Part shown: piece by piece, positions 1 to 7,738 of the stretch
How positions within the stretch are numbered: the stretch's first letter is position 1
Layout of the letters: every line of letters begins with the position of its first letter
Assembly (NCBI GenBank): GCA_964452145.1
Contig: CAYVLA010000085.1
Coordinates: forward strand, 1 to 12,330
Direction of reading: 5' to 3'
Origin: Candidatus Hadarchaeota archaeon
GTDB taxonomy: Archaea > CAYQAE01 > CAYVLA01
DNA: 12,330 nt
Made by a program: the position numbers and the translations under genes
Notes under the pieces: model-generated
Told to the model about the DNA's origin: nothing
Seen by the model: only the letters and a program-made list of their open reading frames with translations
Database searches by the model: none

Positions 1-560
1 AGCTGGTCCAAGGGCAGGCTCCTTATTAGGGCGTTTCCAGGATCTGAGACCAGGAGCCTATAGGTTACGGGCCAAAGGTAGATCCCGTCGACAACCTCGA
101 CTGGAAGTATTTCATCGATGAAGGTGCCCTTCCATGAGGGATAGATGTCGATCGTGCCCCCAAGGCTGGTTGCGCCCCCCGTCATCATATACCCAAGGCC
201 GTCCTCTACGACCGCTTCTGCAATCATTTGGATCTGCCGCGGGGTGAAGGCGGGAAGCTGAATGTTGGAGTAGGTGACCACATCGTAGCTGGCCTTGAGG
301 TGTTGCGAGGTCCTCGGGTACCTCAGGTTCATGTAACGCCTGATTTGGTCAAGCTGGACCCCGAAATCGTGGTAGGGCACAATCGACGTAACAAGCAGAG
401 GATCCTCCACGAGGTACTGGGGTCGTCCCGAATATGGCCATTGGCCGACGAATAGGAGCCTGATCCTGCCGGTGCTCGGATCGGTCCTGGCCATGACTGC
501 ATTGACATTGGCAAGCATGATGATTGCAGCGATCACCGTTGGGAGAATCAACCTGGCCAT
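1..560 (-). CDS. Secreted/surface protein with class I glutamine amidotransferase-like (DUF1355/GATase1-like) domain; 3'-partial, runs off the left edge
   Basis: Manually translated (absent from the ORF track because there is no stop in the window). ATG at 560, in-frame TGA upstream at 570-572, open to position 1: MARLILPTVIAAIIMLANVNAVMA-RTDPSTGRIRLLFVGQW...YDVVTYSNIQLPAFTPRQIQMIAEAVVEDGLGYMMTGGATSLGG...SWKGTFIDEILPVEV. The basic+hydrophobic N-terminus ending VMA resembles a Sec signal peptide. GLGYMMTGGATSLGG...ILPV resembles the GGLLMIGG.SF...LPV pattern of GATase1-like domains. The ORF is well supported; the family call is less so. Confidence 0.65.
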   Translation of the reverse strand, partial: MARLILPTVIAAIIMLANVNAVMARTDPSTGRIRLLFVGQWPYSGRPQYLVEDPLLVTSIVPYHDFGVQLDQIRRYMNLRYPRTSQHLKASYDVVTYSNIQLPAFTPRQIQMIAEAVVEDGLGYMMTGGATSLGGTIDIYPSWKGTFIDEILPVEVVDGIYLWPVTYRLLVSDPGNALIRSLPLDQ

Positions 561-660
561 ACCGGTGCCTCAGCCTCTCTTCCGGATCCATCCTTCGCCC
601 TCGCGCAAAGTCCGGCAGGGTTGGCCGTCGGGGTGATCTGGGACGGTCTCATAGAACCAC

Positions 661-2775
661 TCAGAATGGGCAGTAGTCCTTCGGACACCCTCCGCTGTAC
701 TCCGAATCCGCACTGGGGATCTCCCGATTCTGGCCCACATACAGGACCTGTTCGGCCCGGCTTCCCGTCCTGTAGACGGTGACACCCTTGCACCCCAACC
801 CGTGGGCTGCTTGGAAGACCTTCCTGACATCCTCGAGGCCGGCATCGTGGGGAAGGTTCACAGTCTTGGAGACTGCGTTGTCGACATGTCGCTGGAAGGC
901 GGCCTGCATGGCAACGTGGTGCTCGGGGCTGATCTCGAAGGCTGTCACGAACAGACTCCGGAATCTCTCCGGGACGCCCGGGACGGAGGCCAGGTTTCCC
1001 ACCCGTGCTATCTTCGCCATGAGTTCGTTGCTGTAGAATCCCTCCTTCCTTGCCATCTCTTCGAAGACCGGATTGACCTCCACCATCCGTGTGTCCATCA
1101 CCCTTCGCAGATAGGCGACGGCGAAGAGGGGCTCTATGCCGCTTGACGTGCCCGCTATGATGCTTATCGTTCCGGTAGGGGCGATCGTTGTCACGGTGGC
1201 ATTCCTCACAGGCCGCCCGTCAGCCCAGACGCTCTTCGCGAAGTTGGGGAAGGCTCCCCTGGTCTGTGCCAGCTCCTCGGACGCCCTCCTGCCTTCGACA
1301 CCGATGAACCCCATGATCTTGTCTGCCTGGTCCAACGCCTCCCTGCTGTCGTAAGGTATACCCATCCTCACGAGCAACTCGGCGAATCCCATGACACCCA
1401 GCCCAATCTTCCTGTTGCCCTTCGAGACTTGCGCAGCAGCGGCTATCGGGTATCTGTTGGAATCGAGGACATTGTCCAGGAAATGCACCGCGGTCCTGAC
1501 CAGTTGACCAAGGAACTCCCAGTCGATATCGTCTTCATGCAAGCACTTGGAGAGGTTCAGCGAGCCAAGCGTACACGATTCGTATGGGAGCAGGGGTACC
1601 TCGCCGCAGGGATTCGTGGACTCGATTCGGCCCAGTTCCGGCGTTGGGTTGTGGCGATTGATTTCGTCTGTGAATATCACACCCGGGTCGCCGGTCTTCC
1701 ACGCCATGGCCACCATCATATCGAAGATGTCCCTGGCCCTGACGCTCTTGACGCACCGTTGGGTTCGAGGGTTGATTAGATCGTATTCCTCGTCTTTCTC
1801 GACCTTCAGCATGAAGGAATCGGTCACGGCGACTGAAAGGTTGAAATTGCTGAGCACACCCTCCCTTTCCTTGGCTCCGATGAATTCCACGATGTCGGGA
1901 TGATCGACGGACAGTATGCCCATGTTTGCGCCGCGGCGCCTGCCCCCCTGCTTGACGACCTCGGTTGCGACGTCAAAGATATTCATGAAGGAGATGGGCC
2001 CCGATGCGATGCCTTTGGTCGATCTCACAATGTCTCCGGCCGGCCTCAGCCTTGAGAATGAAAAACCCGTTCCCCCTCCCGACTGGTGGATCAGGGCCAT
2101 ATCCCTGATCGCGCCGAAGATGCTACGTATCGAGTCCTCCACTGGTATGACAAAGCAGGCTGCCAGTTGCCCGAGCCTGGTTCCAGCGTTCATAAGCGTC
2201 GGGGAATTGGGGAGGAAGTACAGGCCGGTCATCGCGCGAAGGAACTCCCTCTCAACCTCCAACAGATCGGCATTCGGATCATATCGGCGATCGGGCTTGG
2301 AGATCGCCTTTGCGACTCGTTTGAACATCTGGAGCGGCGTCTCGACGATGTGTCCCTCTTCGTCTCGCCTCAGGTACCTTCTCTCCAGGACGCTTGCGGC
2401 GTTAACGGAAAGCTTGAGCTCGTCCCTTACACCCATGAGAGCCTTGGCCTGCCTTACATCGGCCCTGCGCTGTCGGTATATGATGTAGGCCTTGGCAACG
2501 TCGGCAAGTCCGTTCTCGACGAGGACCTGCTCGACAGCATCTTGGACGTCCTCGACACCAGGCGGTTTCTCGGGGAATCTAGTCCGAATGCTGGCCACGA
2601 CGCGGGCTCCCATCGCCCGCGCCAGAGCTGGGTCCCTCCTTCCCGTCGCGGACATGGCCTTCTCTATCGCGACGATGATTCTCTCGTCGTCGAAACTGAC
2701 CAGTCGGCCGTCACGTTTGCGAATCAGACGGGCGCTTTGTCTTGCCATGACACTCAGGGTTTGCCGCACCAACAT
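661..2775 (-). CDS. nrdJ: Class II (adenosylcobalamin-dependent) ribonucleotide reductase with N-terminal ATP cone
   Basis: ATP cone (IRKRDGRLVSFDDERI...VEDVQDAVEQVL...AKAYIIYR); FLPNSPTLMNAG; QLAACF; QGGRRRGANMG; catalytic TNPCGE; ESCTLGSLNL; TIAPTGTIS; KGVTVYRTGSR without the class I YY pair; C-terminal CX4C (CPKDYC). No nrdB in the window and no intein. Start is ATG 2775 (GGAGG 6 nt upstream) or ATG 2748. Confidence 0.96.
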   Translation of the reverse strand: MLVRQTLSVMARQSARLIRKRDGRLVSFDDERIIVAIEKAMSATGRRDPALARAMGARVVASIRTRFPEKPPGVEDVQDAVEQVLVENGLADVAKAYIIYRQRRADVRQAKALMGVRDELKLSVNAASVLERRYLRRDEEGHIVETPLQMFKRVAKAISKPDRRYDPNADLLEVEREFLRAMTGLYFLPNSPTLMNAGTRLGQLAACFVIPVEDSIRSIFGAIRDMALIHQSGGGTGFSFSRLRPAGDIVRSTKGIASGPISFMNIFDVATEVVKQGGRRRGANMGILSVDHPDIVEFIGAKEREGVLSNFNLSVAVTDSFMLKVEKDEEYDLINPRTQRCVKSVRARDIFDMMVAMAWKTGDPGVIFTDEINRHNPTPELGRIESTNPCGEVPLLPYESCTLGSLNLSKCLHEDDIDWEFLGQLVRTAVHFLDNVLDSNRYPIAAAAQVSKGNRKIGLGVMGFAELLVRMGIPYDSREALDQADKIMGFIGVEGRRASEELAQTRGAFPNFAKSVWADGRPVRNATVTTIAPTGTISIIAGTSSGIEPLFAVAYLRRVMDTRMVEVNPVFEEMARKEGFYSNELMAKIARVGNLASVPGVPERFRSLFVTAFEISPEHHVAMQAAFQRHVDNAVSKTVNLPHDAGLEDVRKVFQAAHGLGCKGVTVYRTGSRAEQVLYVGQNREIPSADSEYSGGCPKDYCPF

Positions 2776-2786
2776 ATAAAGCCTCC
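2773..2786. promoter_or_regulatory. Candidate archaeal TATA box between divergent nrdJ and DUF166-like gene, abutting a GGAGG Shine-Dalgarno-like motif
   Basis: The only AT-rich island between the divergent genes: CATATAAAG on + (TATAAA 2775-2780) and TTTATATG on - (2780-2773). GGAGG on - at 2786-2782. No clear BRE. Confidence 0.5.
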
Positions 2787-2822
2787 AGAAACCCGGGCCG
2801 AAGCGTAGTCGGTGCCTGCCGC

Positions 2823-3644
2823 ATGAACCTGCTCTTCCTGTACTCGGGCGATTACGGCGAGAAAGTCATCGGCAACCTCATCAACTACGACAAGTTCTGC
2901 ACCGCCTGCGATCCGGCGTGCAGCAGCTGCAGGTTCGGTCAGCGCAATTGGTCCTCCGAAATAAGACAGGCCCTAGTGGTGCCCGGACCGCAGGACTCCC
3001 TGCACCCGCAGGAGGAATCCTGCCTCACGGAGCCCCAAGCCGAAATCGTGTTCCTGATAGACGTACATCCGGACATCATGCTGGAGGTTGCGGAGTCACT
3101 GCAGGGCACCAAGGTGAAGGCGGTCATAGCACCGATCGAAAGGCCCGGCATAGGGGGCGGGCTGGTCAGGCAGATGGACTCCATCCTCAAGGAGATTGGC
3201 GTGGAGCTGTCCTGCCCCAAGCCGTTCTGTTCCCTAACACCCCGGCCCTCGACGCCAACCGTAAACGAATTCATCGAGAAGTCACGCATCGGAAGGCCTG
3301 TGATCGAGCTCGAAACCCAGGGCACACCATCGGGTGACAACGTCGTCTCCAAGGCCAGAGTTGTGAGGAGTTCGCCCTGCGGCGCAACATGGTACATCTG
3401 CCGCAGGTTGGTCGGCACCCCCGTCGACGCAGAGACGGTATCGGAGGTTGTTTCGCGAGCTCACCACGCCTATCCCTGCACCGCGTCCATGGCCATCGAC
3501 AGGGAGACCGGAGATACCTACCTCCATGCTGCGGGCAGTATCGCGCGGGAGACCGTGTTTGAAGCCCTCCGCCGGGACTTGATGCAGAGAGGCATGGAGC
3601 CGGATGCGTTCGCTTTGGGGCAGGCGTTGGCGAGGCTGGTCTGA
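2823..3644 (+). CDS. DUF166-family protein with extra N-terminal CX2CX3CX2C motif
   Basis: Family-type motifs HPD, PKPFCSL, RSSPCGATWY, HHAYPCTASM, LHAAG. N-terminal CTACDPACSSC. GGTG SD-like motif at 2811-2814. Confidence 0.82.
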   Translation: MNLLFLYSGDYGEKVIGNLINYDKFCTACDPACSSCRFGQRNWSSEIRQALVVPGPQDSLHPQEESCLTEPQAEIVFLIDVHPDIMLEVAESLQGTKVKAVIAPIERPGIGGGLVRQMDSILKEIGVELSCPKPFCSLTPRPSTPTVNEFIEKSRIGRPVIELETQGTPSGDNVVSKARVVRSSPCGATWYICRRLVGTPVDAETVSEVVSRAHHAYPCTASMAIDRETGDTYLHAAGSIARETVFEALRRDLMQRGMEPDAFALGQALARLV

Positions 3645-3654
3645 CTACAGCCTG

Positions 3655-4347
3655 TTAGGCGCGCTTCCCCTTGACCTTGAGTGCCCTGTCTACCTCGTCA
3701 CACAGACACCCGGTCGCCACCTGCATTATTTCCCGCTTCAACACTGGATCCGGGTCCATGCCCGCAAGACAGGGGTAGTCCAGATGGGCACGGGCAGCCT
3801 TGTCCCTTGACTCGGACGCATCGGTTCCGATGAGCCTGCCCGCGACGAAACGGGCCGAGCCACAAGGCGTGTCCCGCGTCGCAGTAGCCGCGATGATGAC
3901 CCCGGACCGTTGCTCAAGATCCATCCGTGGTCTACCGACCCTGATCGCGAACTGGTTTATCAGAGGATGCGAGCTTCCGTCAAGCTGGCAGAAAGGCTTG
4001 GGGAACTCATAGCGGATGCCCAGCTCGTGGAGCTCGTCGGCCAACTGCCTTCTCAGTCCCTCAGGCATGAGGTGCCAGTCCTCGATCGGGACCAGCACCT
4101 CCTTGGCACCGGTGCGCCTAGCGACCCTTGGTATCACTGGAGCCACGGCCGGATGCAGGAAGAGCGCCAGGAGAAGATCGCACTCCGGAGGATCCTCGGG
4201 CATGACTGTCTCGAGATCGTCGATCATCCCATGGGTCGACTCGGGGTATTCGTGTATGCCGACGATCATATCGGCTAAGCCGTGTTCGACGAGGTTATTC
4301 ACCACTTTTTCGGCAAGAGGGCCTCTGGATAGTATGTAGATCCTCAC
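3655..4347 (-). CDS. DUF166-family protein (paralog of 2823-3644), probable last gene of the cdh operon
   Basis: GTG start 31 nt after the cdhE stop. Motifs LHP, FPKPFCQL, RDTPCGSARFVA, HLDYPCLAGM are colinear with those of the convergent neighbour. Confidence 0.82.
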   Translation of the reverse strand: MRIYILSRGPLAEKVVNNLVEHGLADMIVGIHEYPESTHGMIDDLETVMPEDPPECDLLLALFLHPAVAPVIPRVARRTGAKEVLVPIEDWHLMPEGLRRQLADELHELGIRYEFPKPFCQLDGSSHPLINQFAIRVGRPRMDLEQRSGVIIAATATRDTPCGSARFVAGRLIGTDASESRDKAARAHLDYPCLAGMDPDPVLKREIMQVATGCLCDEVDRALKVKGKRA

Positions 4348-4378
4348 TGGTTACTACCAACCCGGATGATGGCTCGGT

Positions 4379-5776
4379 CTACTCTTTCTTCCATTTCTTC
4401 TCAAGGAAGGCCTGTATGGATGAACTGTCTCGTGGGCCGACCAGGACGTCAAAGCCCGTCGCATCCTCTATGTCCCCCTTGAGCCTCGCCGCCATGCCCG
4501 GGATGATCAGGGTCCTGTGCTCGATTCTGGTCTTGACGCCGAACTTCTCTATCGCTTCAGCCACCTTCTTTGCATCCAGCTGCCCGCCCGCCACCGATGA
4601 CTGCACGCCGATGCCTTCGGTGTCCACGACCATGAGATAGCAGGAGACGTTTCCGGCCTGAATGTCCGACTCCACCGTGTAGAAAGTCAAGGCGAAGTTC
4701 GTCGTCAGCAGCAGGGGCGATCTCCCGTCAGGCGATCCGTACTCCTTCAGCCCCGCCTGAACGGCCACCGGCTTTCGAGGATCGGTGTAGATGTTCTGGC
4801 GGAGAGTCAGAAAGGCTAGTTGGGCCCAGGGTTCCATCGTCTTCACGACCAGAAGGTCTGCGTACCTGGAGATGAGGGCCGAGGTGATCATGGCTTCCCG
4901 CAGCGATTTCTCGGCATCATCGCCCTCGGCCATCCATGTCGTCGCTGGAACCCCCATCAGGGGATACCCGACGACCTCCTGCTCGTCCTCGATGGCCGCG
5001 ATCCTAAGCCTTGTGAAGTTCCGGATGGTTGACCCAAGTCCGCCGGGTCTGGGATCGGTCCCCGGATCAAGAACGATGTCGGTTACCCCTGCCGATCTCA
5101 CCTTTATGACCGTGTCCGCCAAGCGATCCGGAGAACCCGATGAGACCACCAGGGGGCAGCCATGGCTGACGGCGAGGCTGGACATCGCCTCCCAGCCGTC
5201 CTCCTCCGCCGCATACAGGAGCGGACGGCTCGAACCGACCTCGGCCAAGGCCCCCTCCAACTCCTTGGGATTCAGGCTGCACAGAACCAGCGGCATGCCC
5301 GTCGCGCTGCAAAGCTTTGCTGCCTCGGCGAAACGTGTGGGGTCACCGCTTGCGCATCTTAAGGCGATGAGATCAAGGGTCAGCACATCCCCGACGCGCT
5401 CGAACCGCGTGGCCGCGATGGCCTTGGCGCGTTCAGAGATCTGCTCCGGGGTCAGCTCATCGCTTACCTCGACTGCGAGCGCGGTCTTGTTGTAGTAGGT
5501 GAGCTCGTGGCGTCGGACGACCTCCTCGCCGCCGACTAGCACGCCGTTATCTTGCGTCCCGATCAGCACTTGGCGAACCGGCGGCCTCATGAGGTCCTCA
5601 AGTTGCCTCCTCTGCTGGTTGTGTGCTGCCTCAAGCAACGGCGGGCAGTCGGTTACCCTGACCTTTCTATCGATCAGACTGGACGCGAAGGCCATGCAGG
5701 TCTTCTGCTCGCAGAGACCACAGTTGGTCTTCGGCAGGTATCGGTACACGGTAAGCGGTGTGGTGTTCCTCTTCAT
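4379..5776 (-). CDS. cdhE: ACDS gamma subunit (corrinoid Fe-S protein, large subunit)
   Basis: N-terminal [4Fe-4S] motif LPKTNCGLCEQKTCMAFA...CPPL; GGEEVVRRHE; LRQNIYTDPRKP; TTNFALTF; IIPGMAARL; VGPRDSS. Confidence 0.97.
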   Translation of the reverse strand: MKRNTTPLTVYRYLPKTNCGLCEQKTCMAFASSLIDRKVRVTDCPPLLEAAHNQQRRQLEDLMRPPVRQVLIGTQDNGVLVGGEEVVRRHELTYYNKTALAVEVSDELTPEQISERAKAIAATRFERVGDVLTLDLIALRCASGDPTRFAEAAKLCSATGMPLVLCSLNPKELEGALAEVGSSRPLLYAAEEDGWEAMSSLAVSHGCPLVVSSGSPDRLADTVIKVRSAGVTDIVLDPGTDPRPGGLGSTIRNFTRLRIAAIEDEQEVVGYPLMGVPATTWMAEGDDAEKSLREAMITSALISRYADLLVVKTMEPWAQLAFLTLRQNIYTDPRKPVAVQAGLKEYGSPDGRSPLLLTTNFALTFYTVESDIQAGNVSCYLMVVDTEGIGVQSSVAGGQLDAKKVAEAIEKFGVKTRIEHRTLIIPGMAARLKGDIEDATGFDVLVGPRDSSSIQAFLEKKWKKE

Positions 5777-5785
5777 CTTCCAGTC

Positions 5786-5792
5786 TCACCTC
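5786..5792 (-). promoter_or_regulatory. Shine-Dalgarno site of cdhE
   Basis: GAGGTGA on the minus strand, 9 nt upstream of ATG 5776, overlapping the second codon of the tandem TAG-TGA stop after cdhD. Confidence 0.75.
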
Positions 5793-5793
5793 A

Positions 5794-6978
5794 CTATATT
5801 CCCACAACCCATGATCGCGGGTCGCTGCCGCTGCCGGAATCCTCGGCTGAGAACGCGGATAGCATCTCCCCGTAGAGCTTCACAGCCATCGGGTGGAGCA
5901 TCATGCAGAGGTCGGCGCCTGCCAGGGTAAGGGTCAACGCCTGAACGGCCTCCCAGATCGGCCCTCTGTACTTCCTGTCGCCCCACTCGTCCTTCTTCTT
6001 CCAGGACTCCCTCGCTCCCCAGGCGTTGGTTACGCCAAGGCTTATGGGCATCTGGAGCGAGGCATCGCCCTTGAGGCCTGCCAGGCGGATCCTCTCGGTC
6101 ACCGAGAAGCTGTAGTCTATCCCGTAGCCCAGGGCGCCTGATGTGGGGTCGATGATTATGCGGTCCTTGGGGACTCCCAGGTCCAGCAACTTCTGGTTCA
6201 GGGATCTCTGCATGTTGACATCCAGATCGGTCCAGGAAAGGACGTTGTGGCCGTGCTCCATTGCCGCCTTCGCAACCCTTTTCCAGTCCTGCGAAAGCGT
6301 TGCGGACGCTAGCATGACCCTCTCTCCGGCTGCGGCCTCGGCTGCCTTCTCAAGCACCGGGGGATCGTTCTCAGGGTTGCCCGATCCTCCCACGGCGATG
6401 GGGAGACTGGTCGCCTTTAGGACCTCTTCGACGATTTTGGCCCCTTCCTCCGGCGTCCTGTAGAGCTCCTTTCCTCCCTCGACTTTCAGGAGCAGGGGAT
6501 CCGTGCTGACCAAGTGAAGGGTGATCATCTGGGCCTTGAGCTCGTCCTCGCAGAATCTGGCCCATTTGCAGGGATCGTCCCAGATCGAGGAGTAGACCTT
6601 CCTCTGCTCCAAGGCGAACTGGGGCTGGGACATGTCGAATACGTCGTAGGTAACCACCGGGAGATTGGGCATCCCGCCCTCCACGGGATAGAAGGGAGGT
6701 GCCGTCTCGCCGCCCAGTTTGACAACCGATCCCCTCGTGCCTCCGTCGCCCTTGCCGGCACCGATTGTGACCTCCTCAATTCTGCCCTTGAATTCCTCCG
6801 CCTTGAACTCGAACCTGGGCTGCTCCAGGACCTCTTTAGCGACTTCCTGCACGACTCCCAGCCTAGCCGAGGGCAGGAGATCGAGTTCGAGCCTGTCGAC
6901 CTCGATCGTCACGTTCTGGAGTTCGATCTGCTCAAGTCTCTCCAGAGCCCGCAGAAGTCTTTCGATGTTGAGGCTCAA
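5794..6978 (-). CDS. cdhD: ACDS delta subunit (corrinoid Fe-S protein, small subunit)
   Basis: EVTIGAGKGDGGTR, LGGETAPPFY, DVFD, DPCKWA, HLVSTDP, GGSGNPENDPPVLEKAAEAAAGER, DPTSGALGYGIDYS, ERIRLAGLKGD, NAWGARESW, RGPIWE, MMLHP. TTG start overlapping the cooC TGA (TTGA), with GGAGG at 6990-6986. Confidence 0.97.
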   Translation of the reverse strand: MSLNIERLLRALERLEQIELQNVTIEVDRLELDLLPSARLGVVQEVAKEVLEQPRFEFKAEEFKGRIEEVTIGAGKGDGGTRGSVVKLGGETAPPFYPVEGGMPNLPVVTYDVFDMSQPQFALEQRKVYSSIWDDPCKWARFCEDELKAQMITLHLVSTDPLLLKVEGGKELYRTPEEGAKIVEEVLKATSLPIAVGGSGNPENDPPVLEKAAEAAAGERVMLASATLSQDWKRVAKAAMEHGHNVLSWTDLDVNMQRSLNQKLLDLGVPKDRIIIDPTSGALGYGIDYSFSVTERIRLAGLKGDASLQMPISLGVTNAWGARESWKKKDEWGDRKYRGPIWEAVQALTLTLAGADLCMMLHPMAVKLYGEMLSAFSAEDSGSGSDPRSWVVGI

Positions 6979-7736
6979 CTGCCATCCTCCAGTATCCTTC
7001 TTGCCACGAAATCCCTTACGCCGGCAAACGCCTTGGAAGACCGATCTATGGTGAATACGGATCTACCCTGCATGTCCGCCGCCGCGATCTCACCATCCTC
7101 CGGTATCACCGCGTCGATCGCGAGTCCGATCTGCGAAGCTGCGCGTTCGAGGTCCTCCAACCCATCGGTCACCCTGTTGGCTACGAGATGGAAGTGGCCA
7201 AACCTGGATCCGAGGCTCTCGGCCAAATCCATCATCCGCCTAGCCGTCCTGAAACCCTTCACGGACATGTCCGTGACGATGACACAATGATCCACTTCTC
7301 CGGTGGTTCTGCGGCTTATGTGCTCAAGCCCCGCCTCGGCGTCGATAACGACGTATCGATAGGGCTCTGCCAAGGAGTCCAGCAGGCCTCGGAGGATGTT
7401 GTTCACAGCGCAGTAGCAGCCGGGGCCCTCGGGCCTCCCCATCGTGAGCAGGTCGAAACGGTCGCCCTCCACCAGGATCTCGAAGATCTTTGACTCCAGC
7501 CAGAGGCGCTTGTCCACCTCCGGTCCCAGTTCCTTCTGCTGTTGGGAAAGGTCCTCCCTTATGTCTCCTAGGGTCAAAGCGACGTTCATCCCGAGTGTTT
7601 CCCCCAGATTCGAGTCGGGGTCGGCGTCCACGGCGAGGATCGGGCCATGCACGTCAGCGTCCACAAGGGAACGTATCATCAGACCCGCGACCATCGTCTT
7701 GCCGGTTCCTCCCTTTCCTCCGACCAGTATACGCAT
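6975..7736 (-). CDS. cooC: CooC/AcsF-type nickel-insertion ATPase (CODH/ACS maturation)
   Basis: Deviant Walker A GKGGTGKT, VDADPDSNL, Ni-binding GPGCYC, DAEAGLEH. The true start is most likely ATG 7736 (MRILVGG, 2 nt after the cdhC stop), not 7826. Confidence 0.94.
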   Translation of the reverse strand: MRILVGGKGGTGKTMVAGLMIRSLVDADVHGPILAVDADPDSNLGETLGMNVALTLGDIREDLSQQQKELGPEVDKRLWLESKIFEILVEGDRFDLLTMGRPEGPGCYCAVNNILRGLLDSLAEPYRYVVIDAEAGLEHISRRTTGEVDHCVIVTDMSVKGFRTARRMMDLAESLGSRFGHFHLVANRVTDGLEDLERAASQIGLAIDAVIPEDGEIAAADMQGRSVFTIDRSSKAFAGVRDFVARRILEDGS

Positions 7737-7738
7737 GG

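Noticed and set aside
561..660. Cobalamin riboswitch or ncRNA near nrdJ (this 100-nt gap and the 2776-2822 gap)
   Set aside because: No B12-box or convincing conserved structure is visible; the upstream gap is too short and this gap is downstream of nrdJ.
228..845. Short track ORFs at the left end (228-455, 329-514, 349-591, 548-793, 570-845)
   Set aside because: They overlap the better-supported 560-to-1 reading frame or the nrdJ 3' end in alternative frames.
2767..2782. NrdR-box-like sequence (CAACATATAA) at the nrdJ start
   Set aside because: Only a partial, single-copy match; NrdR boxes are mainly bacterial and usually tandem, and a TATA box explains the sequence more simply.
2823..4347. 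Calling the DUF166 genes thymidylate synthase because they neighbour an RNR
   Set aside because: No ThyA (PCH in its usual context) or ThyX (RHRxxSxxxxSxR) motifs are present; the legacy label cannot be supported from the sequence.
4349..4362. GGTT-N6-AACC inverted repeat between cdhE and the DUF166 gene
   Set aside because: A 4-bp stem is expected by chance and there is no U-tract.
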